A stretch of 64,000 bases of DNA. Source: an uncultured Ruminococcus sp. Its GTDB lineage: Bacteria; Bacillota; Clostridia; Oscillospirales; Acutalibacteraceae. Where the stretch lies: positions 6,610 to 70,609 of the forward strand of contig CAZVSQ010000001.1 of NCBI GenBank assembly GCA_964629925.1, in the 5' to 3' direction. Below, piece by piece: positions 1-9,294 of the stretch. A model generated the notes under the pieces. It saw only the letters and a list, made by a program, of their open reading frames with translations, was not told where the DNA came from and ran no database searches. Within the stretch, counting starts at the first letter, position 1. Each line of letters begins with the position of its first letter. The position numbers and the translations under genes were made by a program.

Positions 1-162
1 TGCTTAAAAGGCAGAGAAGGCACATTCAGAGATTATTGTCAGACTTGTAACAAATATGCCCCTCTAAGGGGCGCAAAACCTGCCCGAAAAAACTTGCGTA
101 AGCAGAAATTGGCGGATGCCCGCGACAGAGAAATAAAGCGTGAAATGAAAGGATGGGAATAA
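1..162 (+). CDS. partial hypothetical protein (3' end)
   Basis: Open frame from base 1 (CLKGREGTFRDYCQTC...) to TAA at 160-162, abutting the next ATG. Confidence 0.6.
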   Translation, partial: CLKGREGTFRDYCQTCNKYAPLRGAKPARKNLRKQKLADARDREIKREMKGWE

Positions 163-163
163 A

Positions 164-364
164 ATGCGAGACACTGCAACTTTTGACAAAGATACCCCTG
201 TAAAGCCTGTGGAAATAGGCTATTATAGCTTCGTAGAACGCAATGATTTTGTTACGTGTCCTCGTTGCCGCAAGTGTTTATATGATCCAATGACTCCACA
301 GGCTATTGCAGAAAAACGCTCAAGGTGCAGTGAGTGCGGACAGCTAATAAATTGGGGGCAGTAA
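164..364 (+). CDS. small Zn-ribbon protein
   Basis: CPRC...CSECGQLINW motifs. Confidence 0.7.
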   Translation: MRDTATFDKDTPVKPVEIGYYSFVERNDFVTCPRCRKCLYDPMTPQAIAEKRSRCSECGQLINWGQ

Positions 365-387
365 TGCCCTCAATTTATTTTCTTTTG

Positions 388-440
388 TTGTTTTTTATAA
401 AAATTTTTGTTATAATATATATGTAAGATAAAGAAAGGAG
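388..440 (+). promoter_or_regulatory. repeated sigmaA-type early promoter (first of about 20 copies)
   Basis: TTGNNN, ~17-nt spacer (usually containing AAAAATTTTT), TG-N-TATAAT, then ATATATGTAAGATAAAGAAAGG; -35 starts near 388, 969, 1503, 2897, 4273, 5222, 5577, 7947, 8318, 12542, 14729, 15196, 15812, 16605, 36246, 49968, 52448, 55914, 56484, 63071. Confidence 0.85.
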
Positions 441-450
441 GATAAACCAA

Positions 451-963
451 ATGTCAAGGTCGCCATTTTTTTATCTTGAAAAATATAATCCTGAAACGGA
501 TACCTATGAATTGGTTGAGCCTTACGTAAGAGATAGTAAGGACGATAATCACTGGACACCCGCAGATTTATTTCCTTTCAATGGCACTCACGAACTATTT
601 GAGATTATTGAGCGTGCTCAAATGAGCGGGATTCATCGCAGACTTCCTCCAAAAGTTTCAGAAGCTATTTCTATGGAATTATTTGAAGGAATTGAAGATG
701 GTGAAACTACTCCCAATGAAAGATTAGATGATGAAGAAGACCGCAGAGAAAAAAGTGTTCACTGGTTTACTTATGCGGATATGGAGATTTTTGTATTAAA
801 GTATCCTCACTATTGTGCGATTTTTTCAGAAGAAGACTCATTACACGAAAATCCAATGATTGCACTCAAGCGGCGTGTTGACGCTTTTCTTGAAGTATGT
901 TATCCTTGGGGTGAATGGGAAGATGAAAAGAGCTTTATTCGCATTGTTTGCTGGATTTGGTAA
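451..963 (+). CDS. hypothetical acidic phage protein
   Basis: 170-aa ORF with GGAGG RBS behind a promoter. Confidence 0.75.
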   Translation: MSRSPFFYLEKYNPETDTYELVEPYVRDSKDDNHWTPADLFPFNGTHELFEIIERAQMSGIHRRLPPKVSEAISMELFEGIEDGETTPNERLDDEEDRREKSVHWFTYADMEIFVLKYPHYCAIFSEEDSLHENPMIALKRRVDAFLEVCYPWGEWEDEKSFIRIVCWIW

Positions 964-1011
964 GCCTCTTGACTTTCAAAAAAATTTTTGATATAATATA
1001 AGAAAGGGGTT

Positions 1012-1266
1012 ATGAAGATGTGGTTTTGGCAGTATAAAGTAGAAGTCATCACTTATGAGGGCGAAACCTGTAAGACAAAGTGTTTTACAGGTCTTGTAGT
1101 AGGAGAAAATATGGTTCAAGCGGTAGAAGCCCTTGATGCATACTATGGGACAGAACTTGTAAACATCCTTACCTGCAAAGCAATTACAGATGGAGCTTTT
1201 GAATTTGAAACAGTTCAAGAAGATGGCTTTGACTATAAAGTTGTTTATGCCCCTAAAAATGAATAA
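1012..1266 (+). CDS. hypothetical protein
   Basis: 84-aa ORF with RBS behind a promoter. Confidence 0.7.
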   Translation: MKMWFWQYKVEVITYEGETCKTKCFTGLVVGENMVQAVEALDAYYGTELVNILTCKAITDGAFEFETVQEDGFDYKVVYAPKNE

Positions 1267-1282
1267 GGGTAGGTATCACAAA

Positions 1283-1525
1283 ATGTAGGAAAAGCAATAT
1301 TTAGAAGTTGATGGTGGTCGTATTCCCATACACCGTCAAATCAAACTTGAGATTTCAGCAGAGCAATTAAAAGAACAAAGGAAAAAAGGAATCCCGCTTG
1401 GAGAAGCAGTAATTCACGCAGTTTTGCAAAGTCACGGGCTGTTCTTTGAAAATTTATCCTATCCAGAGATAAATTACTTGTATCACCTTGTAGACCACCC
1501 ACTTGAAAAAATAAAAAATTTTTGA
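1283..1525 (+). CDS. hypothetical protein with TAG at codon 2
   Basis: ATG TAG GAA AAG..., open for 80 codons to TGA; missed by the ORF track. Confidence 0.55.
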
Positions 1526-1588
1526 TATAATATAAGTACAATAAAGAAAGAAAAAAAATAATTTTTAAAGAGTAAAGGAGATAATACT

Positions 1589-2032
1589 ATGGAAAAGATG
1601 ACTAAGGCTATGTATTTTGAGGTAATCAGAGGTATCATTGAGGGTCTCGGTGCGGATGCGTTCCCTGAGGGCGTTTATGCGAATGATGTTCTGGATTTTA
1701 TTGATAGACAGGTAGCACTGCTTGATAAGAGAGCCGCAGCAAGCAAGGAAAGAGCCGCTAAGAAGAGAGCAGCAAGCGATGAGCTTACTGAGCTTATCTA
1801 TACTATGATTTTTGAAGCAGATGACTACATCACTGCTGACGAAATCGTTGAGAAGATTGACGACGAAGAGGTTACTAAGAACAAGGTTACTGCTCGTGTA
1901 AGCAAGCTGGTTAAGGTTGGTAGAGTTGTTAAGGAGCAGGTAAAGCTTGAGGACGGCAAGAAGAGAATGGCTTACAGAATTGCTGAAGAGGGCGAGGATG
2001 TAGAAGCAGAAGCTGAAGCCGATGCAGAGTGA
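1589..2032 (+). CDS. probable winged-helix DNA-binding protein, highly expressed
   Basis: ITADEIVEKI...VTARVSKLVKVGRV pattern; strong codon bias; hairpin terminator follows. Confidence 0.6.
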   Translation: MEKMTKAMYFEVIRGIIEGLGADAFPEGVYANDVLDFIDRQVALLDKRAAASKERAAKKRAASDELTELIYTMIFEADDYITADEIVEKIDDEEVTKNKVTARVSKLVKVGRVVKEQVKLEDGKKRMAYRIAEEGEDVEAEAEADAE

Positions 2033-2097
2033 TATATACCGATGAGGGGGAGAATCTCTCCCTCTTTTTGTCATATAGAGAAAAAAGGAGGATTTTA

Positions 2098-2889
2098 ATG
2101 TTTTGTTTAGACTATTATCCACATTCCGCATATTTAAAAGATGCGGATTAGTTAAAAATTAAATATAGACCGACAGATAAAACACTTAAAGATTTTTTAG
2201 AAGAATATTCTGATAAATCAATAGTTATAGATGTCTCAGACAATTTTGATGATATTGATGCCAAATTATTCTGCGGTCTGAGAGAAACATTTAAAAATTT
2301 CAAGCTTATCATCCGATATTAGAATGGTGAACATTTAGAAAGAGTCCAAAAGTATGGACTTCCATTTTTCTTTATGAATTTTGCCACAACAATAGACCAA
2401 GTATATGGGTTTAAATCTTATAGCCCTACTGACATATATATATGTGAAGAACTTGGATTCTTCCTTGATAAAATTTATAAGATTTTACATAATGAAGATA
2501 CAAACATAAATATAAGAGTATTTCCTAATATTTGTCAATCAAGTTTTCCAGAAACCCCAAGTATTCAAACATTTTTTATAAGACCTGATGATATTCCCGC
2601 CTATGAAGATTTAGTAGATGTATTTGAGTTAGTTTCAGATAGAGACCGTCAAGCAGTTATTTTTAAAGTATATAAACAGCATAAATGGTTTGGTGAAGTT
2701 GAAGAAATTATTCCTACATTTAAAGGACATTTAGATAGCCGCTATCTTTTAAATGATTTTGGCGTTTTTAGAAGTAAATGCGGTCGCCGCTGTATGTACA
2801 AGCCTGGATCTTGTAACATATGCACCAGAATGATAGAACTTGGTGACACCATTAAGGATAAAGGATATGTTTTGTTACCAGATTATTAA
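2098..2889 (+). CDS. U32 peptidase-like protein (2 in-frame TAG)
   Basis: GGAGG RBS and ATG at 2098 in frame with ORF 2374; FIRPDDI..YE and C-terminal CxxxC...CxxC. Confidence 0.55.
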
Positions 2890-2960
2890 TTCTCTTTTGA
2901 TTTTTTAAAAAATTTTTGATATAATATATATAGAAAATTAAGAAAAGAGAGGTAAAAGAT

Positions 2961-3275
2961 ATGGCAGCAAAAGGTGCAGTTTTAAAGCAGGAAGTTGCAA
3001 AGAAGATACTTGAAGCTTTCCCTGGCAGTTTTTTGTACAATGATGGCAAAGAAATCCGCATTAATGGAGAAGAGAATGGAGAAATTCTCCAGATAAAAGT
3101 TGCTCTTACTTGTGCGAAAGTTCCTGTTGAAGGTGGATTTATTCCGCCAGAAGCCGCAAAGAAAGCAGAAGTAATTGACTTCACTGCGGCAACAGTTAAA
3201 GAGTCAGTTCCAGCAGAACCAACAGAAGATGAGAAAGAGAGACTTGCAACATTGCTTGATAAGTTGGGACTTTAA
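2961..3275 (+). CDS. hypothetical protein
   Basis: 104-aa ORF with RBS and promoter. Confidence 0.75.
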   Translation: MAAKGAVLKQEVAKKILEAFPGSFLYNDGKEIRINGEENGEILQIKVALTCAKVPVEGGFIPPEAAKKAEVIDFTAATVKESVPAEPTEDEKERLATLLDKLGL

Positions 3276-3284
3276 TAAAAAGGA

Positions 3285-3590
3285 GTGATTTCTGTGGGAG
3301 TATTGCATCTATATCAAATGACTTGCTGGTGTAATGGAAAATATTGGCACTGCAATGATATAAAAAATATGTGCGGTAGGTCAGCAAAATGGTATACCCC
3401 AATGAGAATATTGGAGCTGACAGTAGATGAGTATGTTCAGCTTTTGGTGAATAAATTTAATGCAAAAGATTTGCATTATTATGCTCCCACAGATTATTTT
3501 GGTTTCAGATTTGAAACTGAAAAGGAAGCAAAGACATTTTGTAATTATGTTAATAAGATAGCCCGCCAAAAGAATTATAATTGTCAGTAA
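3285..3590 (+). CDS. hypothetical protein
   Basis: ORF track; exact start uncertain. Confidence 0.6.
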   Translation: MISVGVLHLYQMTCWCNGKYWHCNDIKNMCGRSAKWYTPMRILELTVDEYVQLLVNKFNAKDLHYYAPTDYFGFRFETEKEAKTFCNYVNKIARQKNYNCQ

Positions 3591-3604
3591 GGAGGGCTTT
3601 TGTT

Positions 3605-4261
3605 ATGTATAAGATAGAAAATCCATTTCTCATAAAAGTTTGGGACGGAAAGAGACAATCTTATATAACAACTTTTTATAATGAACAGGACTTCATAAGG
3701 TATATAAGTACATTCTTTTATAGAGAATAGAGTACTGACTTAAATAATAATACTTATATTACCAATATTCGTAACAGTTTTATAGATAAGTGTGCTTGTC
3801 ATCAAAATGAGGCATCTCAAGAAAGATATATTCAGGTTCTTGACTATTATAATAGAACTATTAATCCAAGAGATTATTATGATATGGCATATAAATATAG
3901 AAATATACGTTATGGATTTATTCCTGAATGCGTATATAATTATGAATATTGGGCAAGAGATGTAGAATGGAGAAGAAGAGCAAAAGCCAAATATGGGAAA
4001 CGTTTTCAACATACTCCACCTCCATTCAGGAATGGTCCTGTTCCTCATACAGGAAAACATCGCAAATATAGATATTTTTGTAGGCTACCCCGCACAAAGC
4101 AGATAAAAACTGTATTTGCAAATCCAGAAATGAAAGAGTTTAACAGAAGTGGTATAAAGATGGTGCCAAAATGGTGGGATGAATGTCCCAGAGTGCTTCA
4201 ACGCTCTTGGAAAGAACAATCAAAAGCTCGTCATCAATGGCAAAAAAATAAAACCAAATAA
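3605..4261 (+). CDS. hypothetical basic protein (1 in-frame TAG)
   Basis: AGGAGG RBS and ATG at 3605 in frame with ORF 3884. Confidence 0.65.
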
Positions 4262-4353
4262 AAGTAATTTTTTTGATTTTTTAAAAAATTTTTGTTATAA
4301 TATATATGTAAGATAAAAAAAGAAGAAAAATCAAAGAATTTGGAGGGCTTTAT

Positions 4354-5232
4354 ATGGCACAGATAGTTATTGAAGATATCGAAATTCCTGAGATAGACGC
4401 AACAGTAGTAAGTTCTGTAAAGCTGTATATGAAAGAGGCAGGAAGTTATGCCCTCTTAACAAAGGAAGAGGAAGAGAAACTTGCGAGAGCTTTTGCGGCA
4501 GGTGATATGTTTGCAAGAGAGGCTCTTGTAAATCACAACCTTCGTCTTGTTATTTCTATTGCAAAGCATTATATGGGCAGAGGTCTCGTACTTCTGGATT
4601 TAATTCAGGAGGGTAACTGCGGACTTATGAGAGCAGTAGATAAGTTTGAAGTTGAAAAAGGTTTTAGATTTTCTACTTATGCTACTTTTTGGATAAAGCA
4701 GGCTATTTCCAGAGCTATTATGGAGCAAAGCCGCAATATTCGTATGCCTGTTTATACCATTGAAATGATGAGCAAAGTCAAGAAAGCAGAGCGTGACCTT
4801 GAGCAGCGATTTGGAAGAGAAGCCCGCATTGAGGAAATCGCAAAGTATCTTGATATGAAAGTTGAAAAAGTCAAGGAAATTTATAGCTGGATGAAAGATA
4901 CAACTTCTCTTGATATTGCAGTCGGAGAAGATGATGATACCACAATAGGCTCTTTTGTAGAAGATGAAGTTGCGGCAGATAGATTCAGCAGCATTGAGAA
5001 CGAAGAGCGTACAAAAGCTATTGATACAGTTCTTGGCACTCTTGATGAAAGAGAAAAATTTATTATTGAAAGACGCTTTGGTATCGGCGTTCCAAGACCT
5101 TGCACCCTTGAAGAGGTTGGTAACGAACTGAATATCAGCAAAGAAAGAGTGCGCCAGATTGAGGCGGCAGCCTTGAGAAAGCTGCGTAATCCCCGCAGAG
5201 CAAAGATTTTGAAAGAATTTTTTGACTTTTAA
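4354..5232 (+). CDS. RNA polymerase sigma-70 factor (RpoD/SigA-like regions 1.2-4)
   Basis: [42 protein letters not shown]...SKERVRQIE. Confidence 0.95.
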   Translation: MAQIVIEDIEIPEIDATVVSSVKLYMKEAGSYALLTKEEEEKLARAFAAGDMFAREALVNHNLRLVISIAKHYMGRGLVLLDLIQEGNCGLMRAVDKFEVEKGFRFSTYATFWIKQAISRAIMEQSRNIRMPVYTIEMMSKVKKAERDLEQRFGREARIEEIAKYLDMKVEKVKEIYSWMKDTTSLDIAVGEDDDTTIGSFVEDEVAADRFSSIENEERTKAIDTVLGTLDEREKFIIERRFGIGVPRPCTLEEVGNELNISKERVRQIEAAALRKLRNPRRAKILKEFFDF

Positions 5233-5268
5233 AAAAATTTTTGTTATAATATATATGTAAGATAAAAA

Positions 5269-5423
5269 AAGACAATCTTTCAGCAAACATTGGTACATAA
5301 AATAACAGAAGAATTTAAAAAATTTTTTTAAGATTAAACTTAAAGTTTTCTAATAGCTTTTAATAAAGAGTTTCTATCCTTTCGCCCCCTTGGATGGTTT
5401 ATATAAAGCTATGATTGTCTTGT
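5269..5423 (+). ncRNA. closed-stem CAGCAA ncRNA, copy A (contains a CUA anticodon-like hairpin)
   Basis: AAGACAATC-TTT-CAGCAA...GATTGTCTT-GT; internal AAAGTT-TTCTAAT-AGCTTT at 5342-5360. Confidence 0.6.
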
Positions 5424-5471
5424 TTTTAGATGAAATGTGCTGCCCCTGTTTTGTTGGGGGTGGCGATACCT

Positions 5472-5546
5472 GGCGCGGTCTTCTAGCGGTTAGGAAAAGA
5501 TACTCTAAATATCTGAAGTCGGGTTCGACTCCCGGGCGCGTCCCCA
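5472..5546 (+). tRNA. amber suppressor tRNA (CUA), Glu-type body
   Basis: Cloverleaf GGCGCGG/GCGCGTC, D stem TTCT/GGAA, AGATA-CTCTAAA-TATCT, 4-nt variable loop, TCGGG-TTCGACT-CCCGG, encoded CCA. Confidence 0.92.
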
Positions 5547-5623
5547 AGCAAAAAAGCTAAAAATAAAAAATCTTACTTGAAAAAATAAAAAATTTTTGTT
5601 ATAATATATATGTAAGATAAAGA

Positions 5624-5690
5624 AAGGCAGACACAGCAAATAATAAAAAGCGTTTATTTAGGGAATAAAAGTGCGAAATTTCTGCCTTGT
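5624..5690 (+). ncRNA. closed-stem CAGCAA ncRNA, copy B
   Basis: AAGGCAGA-CACAGCAA...TCTGCCTT-GT (compensatory stem changes); internal TTTAT-TTAGGGA-ATAAA. Confidence 0.6.
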
Positions 5691-5696
5691 ATATAT

Positions 5697-5770
5697 GGCG
5701 GCTGAGTGAAACGGTTTACACACTTGGTTCATATCCAAGAAATACTGGGTTCGACTCCCAGAGTCCGCAA
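5697..5770 (+). tRNA. tRNA-Met/Ile2 (CAT)
   Basis: CTTGG-TTCATAT-CCAAG anticodon arm and TTCGACT loop; irregular acceptor stem. Confidence 0.75.
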
Positions 5771-5871
5771 TTTGCCTTAATGGGGAAAGGTAAACCATTC
5801 CGGTTGAATCGCCTGTGACAATGGTTCCGGTGGAGGGCAAACCGTAGCAATCTGCAAAATTGCCCATATAT

Positions 5872-5946
5872 CGCAGAGTAGAGCAGCGGTAGCTCAGCGT
5901 CTTCATAAGTCGTTAGTCGTGGGTTCGAACCCCACCTCTGCACCCA
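5872..5946 (+). tRNA. tRNA-fMet-like (CAT)
   Basis: C1xA72 mismatch, CAT anticodon, CCA end. Confidence 0.8.
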
Positions 5947-6284
5947 TAGGACTCTATTCTCCTATAAAATAAGCAATAGTGACTTGAATCTTTCAATAGT
6001 AAGGATGTGGCTTTAGCTTTTGAAGAGAAAAAGCTTGACATTGTGAGTTTAAAATAAGTGAGAACTCTCTGGGTCTATCCCCCAAAATAGGATGTGGCTT
6101 GTCGATGTAAGTTAAATCGTCGGGTTGGATAACTCCTGAGTTTATCCCCGTAGAGACAATAGGTTGCAACAAAATGATAATGCGGTTTTCATTATCAATG
6201 GGTTACATTTTTAGTCTTGGTAGCCCGCCCCCTTGTAAAAATAATGTTAGGGGAAGGAGCAGAAAAAGCCTTCCCCAAGCATAT

Positions 6285-6362
6285 GCTGGTGTAGCACAAT
6301 AGGTAGTTGCACTTCACTTGTAATGAAGATGTTTGCAGGTTCGATTCCTGTCACCAGCTCCA
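6285..6362 (+). tRNA. tRNA-Thr (TGT)
   Basis: CTTCA-CTTGTAA-TGAAG, CCA end. Confidence 0.9.
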
Positions 6363-6390
6363 TTAAATTTTATGAAAGGCGGCATATTCT

Positions 6391-6585
6391 ATGACGACAA
6401 AAGAACTTATGGCAATTATCAACACCAGACTCGCCTGTGATACAGGCAACCCGACATCAAGAAGTTTTTTGCTCTATGTTTCTGAAGCAATGAAAAGACT
6501 AAAGGCATATGAAGATGCCGACCCCGCAATTCAGGCGAAGCAGGTAACAAAAGCATTAGATGAACTGGATATGGAGAATGTATGA
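6391..6585 (+). CDS. small hypothetical protein
   Basis: 64-aa ORF with RBS. Confidence 0.6.
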   Translation: MTTKELMAIINTRLACDTGNPTSRSFLLYVSEAMKRLKAYEDADPAIQAKQVTKALDELDMENV

Positions 6586-6745
6586 GAGATTTTAACCGAC
6601 AAATACTCTCTGGAATAAATAATTCCAGAGAGTAGTTAAAGAGGAGTCTTTTGAGGAAAAATTAACTAAAACGGTAAAAGATAAAAAGAATATAAAAGAA
6701 TTGAACAACAGAATCAAACTAAGGGAGATCATTCTCCCTTAATAT

Positions 6746-6833
6746 GTGGGTATGGTGGAACTGGCGAGACACCCAGGACTTAAAATCCTGTACGACTGAT
6801 ACATTGCGGGTTCAAATCCCGCTACCCACACCA
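6746..6833 (+). tRNA. tRNA-Leu (TAA)
   Basis: CAGGA-CTTAAAA-TCCTG, long variable region, CCA end. Confidence 0.9.
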
Positions 6834-6836
6834 ACT

Positions 6837-6919
6837 ATGAATATGGCGGAATTGGCAGACGCTATGGGTGTAAAAACCCGTTGCCTTATGGCGTGTAGAT
6901 TCGAATCCTACTATTCATA
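6837..6919 (+). tRNA. degenerate tRNA-Leu-like gene
   Basis: Leu-type D arm (GGCGGAATTGGCAGACGC), acceptor ATGAATA/TATTCAT, irregular anticodon loop. Confidence 0.55.
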
Positions 6920-6996
6920 TTAACGGGAACGGCTGTGTTTAGGAAGCCCAGACTATTGTGGAGTATGCGGGTTGGATAGTCAAAATTTTATATATT

Positions 6997-7090
6997 TTGG
7001 TATGGCGAAACAGGAAGACGCGACTCAGTTAAGAGTTGAAGGGAGAGATAGCGCCGCCCTTCGTGTAGGTTCGAATCCTACTGCCAGAGC
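6997..7090 (+). tRNA. atypical class II tRNA-like gene (6-nt anticodon loop)
   Basis: Leu-like D arm, GACTC-AGTTAA-GAGTT, long variable arm GAAGGG/CCCTTC, GTAGG-TTCGAAT-CCTAC. Confidence 0.5.
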
Positions 7091-7389
7091 TAAGACTTGT
7101 CAATGTCATAAAACTTGATGGTGGCTATTACACACCGAAACATAAACAAATTTGTTTGATTGGAAGCCGACCTCCTTTGGGATGCAGCGAGAGTGACGGA
7201 GGAAAGCCTAAAGTTGTATGCATAGCGGCTTTAGGAGAATAGGGTAGTGGCTGCCCCTATATTAAACCATAATTTTAGTAATAAAAATGGTTAATCCCAC
7301 GTGCTTAGACGATGGGTAGTGCCGTGTCTTCAAACGGATAGCTTGGCTTGGCAAGTGAGGTGGCGGGAACCCTCGCCTCCAAGATTTAT

Positions 7390-7464
7390 GCGGGTATGGT
7401 GTAGTTGACAACATAAGGCACTTCCACTGCCTAGTCACGAGTTTAAGTCTCGTTATCCGCTCCA
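7390..7464 (+). tRNA. tRNA-Gly (TCC)
   Basis: AGGCA-CTTCCAC-TGCCT, CCA end. Confidence 0.88.
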
Positions 7465-7502
7465 GGCGAGTTCAACATAAGAAGCAGCTAATAATACTTT
7501 CA

Positions 7503-7611
7503 AAGACACACACAGCAAAACTTTGAGAAATAATGAAATGGTAATATAATGGACTGAAAATCTATAATTGTGGGTTCGAGTCCCACTTTCTTAAAACAAA
7601 ATGTGTCTTGT
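7503..7611 (+). ncRNA. closed-stem CAGCAA ncRNA, copy C, enclosing a tRNA-Phe-like body
   Basis: AAGACACACACAGCAA...ATGTGTCTTGT around ATGGA-CTGAAAA-TCTAT and GTGGG-TTCGAGT-CCCAC. Confidence 0.65.
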
Positions 7612-7617
7612 AAATAT

Positions 7618-7705
7618 GGGGGAGTAAACCATTAAAGAGATGGGCAGGTCTGTAAAATCTGCGTCAATGCGACTCGAGTGGGTGCGATACCCTCCTCTCC
7701 CACCA
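7618..7705 (+). tRNA. tRNA-Tyr (GTA)
   Basis: CAGGT-CTGTAAA-ATCTG, variable arm, CCA end. Confidence 0.85.
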
Positions 7706-7852
7706 AAAATATTTATTTATGACTTGTCAATGTCGTTAAACTTGCGAGAGTAGTTCCACTCGAAGGTAAGCAGTAAAAGAATTGCTCAAAAAGCCGTCTG
7801 TTTTGCAGACTTCGTACTGAGAGTCTTTTACTCTTACACAAGGAACTTTTAT

Positions 7853-7930
7853 GTGGGCGTGATGGAATCAGGCATACATACTTGCCTTAGAAGCAAGGTT
7901 TTGTGGGTTCAACTCCCGCCGCCCGCACCA
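7853..7930 (+). tRNA. tRNA-Leu (TAG), short variable loop
   Basis: CTTGC-CTTAGAA-GCAAG, CCA end. Confidence 0.85.
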
Positions 7931-8008
7931 ATTAAAATAACCCCTTTTGATTTTTTACAAAAAATTTGTTATAATATATATGTAAGATAAAAAAAGGAGG
8001 AATAAATT

Positions 8009-8203
8009 ATGTTTGATATGTCAGGAGCTTTTGGTGGTTGGGTAAATCATCAGACAGAAATGGCACAAATAATCGAAGATGTTGCTATGGGTAGGACGCC
8101 TTGTGTTGGTGATTGCTACTCTTGGCAAGAGATTGAAACAATGGAAGATGAATTATATAGACAATATGGCATAAGAGAAGACCTCTCTTTTCTGCACGGA
8201 TAA
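8009..8203 (+). CDS. small hypothetical protein
   Basis: GGAGG RBS behind a promoter copy. Confidence 0.65.
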   Translation: MFDMSGAFGGWVNHQTEMAQIIEDVAMGRTPCVGDCYSWQEIETMEDELYRQYGIREDLSFLHG

Positions 8204-8430
8204 GGAGGTTTCTGTATGATTTGTTGGATACTTTGCCCAAAATGCGGAAAAATTGCAGTAGCAAGTGCCTATTTAAACTCAATTTGTTTAAAATGTTTCT
8301 GGAAAGAAAATGACAATTTGAAAAAATAAAAAATTTTTGTTATAATATATATGTAAGATAAAGAAAGGCGATAATAGTAAATCCTTAATAAGAGGCTTAT
8401 GGCAAGTAAAATTATTATCACCTTGAATAT

Positions 8431-8506
8431 GCTGTTGTAGCTCAGTTGGTAGAGCGTGAGCCTGAAAATCCCAGCGTCGGTAGTTCGATTCCTTGTGGCA
8501 GCACCA
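8431..8506 (+). tRNA. tRNA-Phe (GAA), degenerate stems
   Basis: Canonical D arm, CTGAAAA loop, CCA end; mismatched anticodon and T stems. Confidence 0.6.
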
Positions 8507-8685
8507 TAAGACTTGCAAAGAAGGATCCTAACAAAAAAGGGTTAGGCTGCAAGAATTAAACCTACTTCTTTACATATTAGCTTTTGCTAAGAAAGAAAAA
8601 ACTATTCAATGAGAAGAGTTTTTTAAATCTAATCATTTCACCCATTCAAATGATTTCTTCTTTTTACTTCTCACTTTAAATATAT

Positions 8686-8837
8686 GGCTCTATCGTTCAG
8701 CTTGGTTAGGACAAATGCCTGGTTCAAATAGTTTAATAGTAAAAACTTTAATTTACATTTAATAGATTAAAATTTGAGGTCATAACTCAATTTGAGCAAT
8801 CACGCATTAGACACGGGTTCAAATCCCGTTAGAGCCG
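8686..8837 (+). tRNA. tRNA-Asp (GTC) with a 78-nt insertion (8722-8799) in the anticodon
   Basis: Exons join as AATGC-CTG|TCAC-GCATT; acceptor GGCTCTA/TAGAGCC, G73. Confidence 0.85.
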
Positions 8838-8844
8838 CTTATAT

Positions 8845-8917
8845 TCCAGAGTAGCACAATAGGTAGTGCAGCGCCCTGTTAAGGCGAAGGTTGTGGGATC
8901 GTACCCCACCTCTGGAG
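8845..8917 (+). tRNA. tRNA-Asn (GTT)
   Basis: GCGCC-CTGTTAA-GGCGA; acceptor TCCAGAG/CTCTGGA. Confidence 0.85.
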
Positions 8918-9184
8918 CTTGGTGAACTGACACCGAAAAACTCTAAAAGTTATCTTCTATTGAAAAACAAGATAGCGTAATGCAGTACGAATGGGACTGA
9001 GGGTTTGTAAGAACAGAAAACTTGCCCGATGTTGCTTGTTGAGGAACAAGATAGTTGGAGAGCAACGATAAAATCAGTAAAAAATATGCGAGGGTACAGG
9101 GTATCCCGTGGGTGCAAATGAGTTCGATTCTCATTACCAAGAGGTTCGATTCCTGACGGTGCTTGGAGCAAAACCCACAGATAT

Positions 9185-9259
9185 ACGAGAGTAGTTTAAT
9201 TGATAAAACAGTCGGCTGATAATCGACAAACGTGATGAGTTCAAGTCTCTCCTCTCGTA
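9185..9259 (+). tRNA. tRNA-Ile (GAT)
   Basis: GTCGG-CTGATAA-TCGAC. Confidence 0.85.
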
Positions 9260-9294
9260 CTATTAAATAAAAAATATAAAAAAGGAGTTTATTT

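Noticed and set aside
5472-5546. Pyrrolysine tRNA (pylT)
   Set aside because: It has a canonical GG D loop, TTC T loop and 5-bp anticodon stem, and no pyl genes are in the window.
6997-7090. Ochre (UUA) suppressor reading of the atypical tRNA
   Set aside because: The loop is only 6 nt, and TAA is the main true stop throughout the window.
5658-9171. ORF-track entries over tRNAs (5658, 5716, 8288, 8943, 8950; also 16856, 17276, 17717)
   Set aside because: They are shadow translations of tRNA or ncRNA sequence with no RBS.
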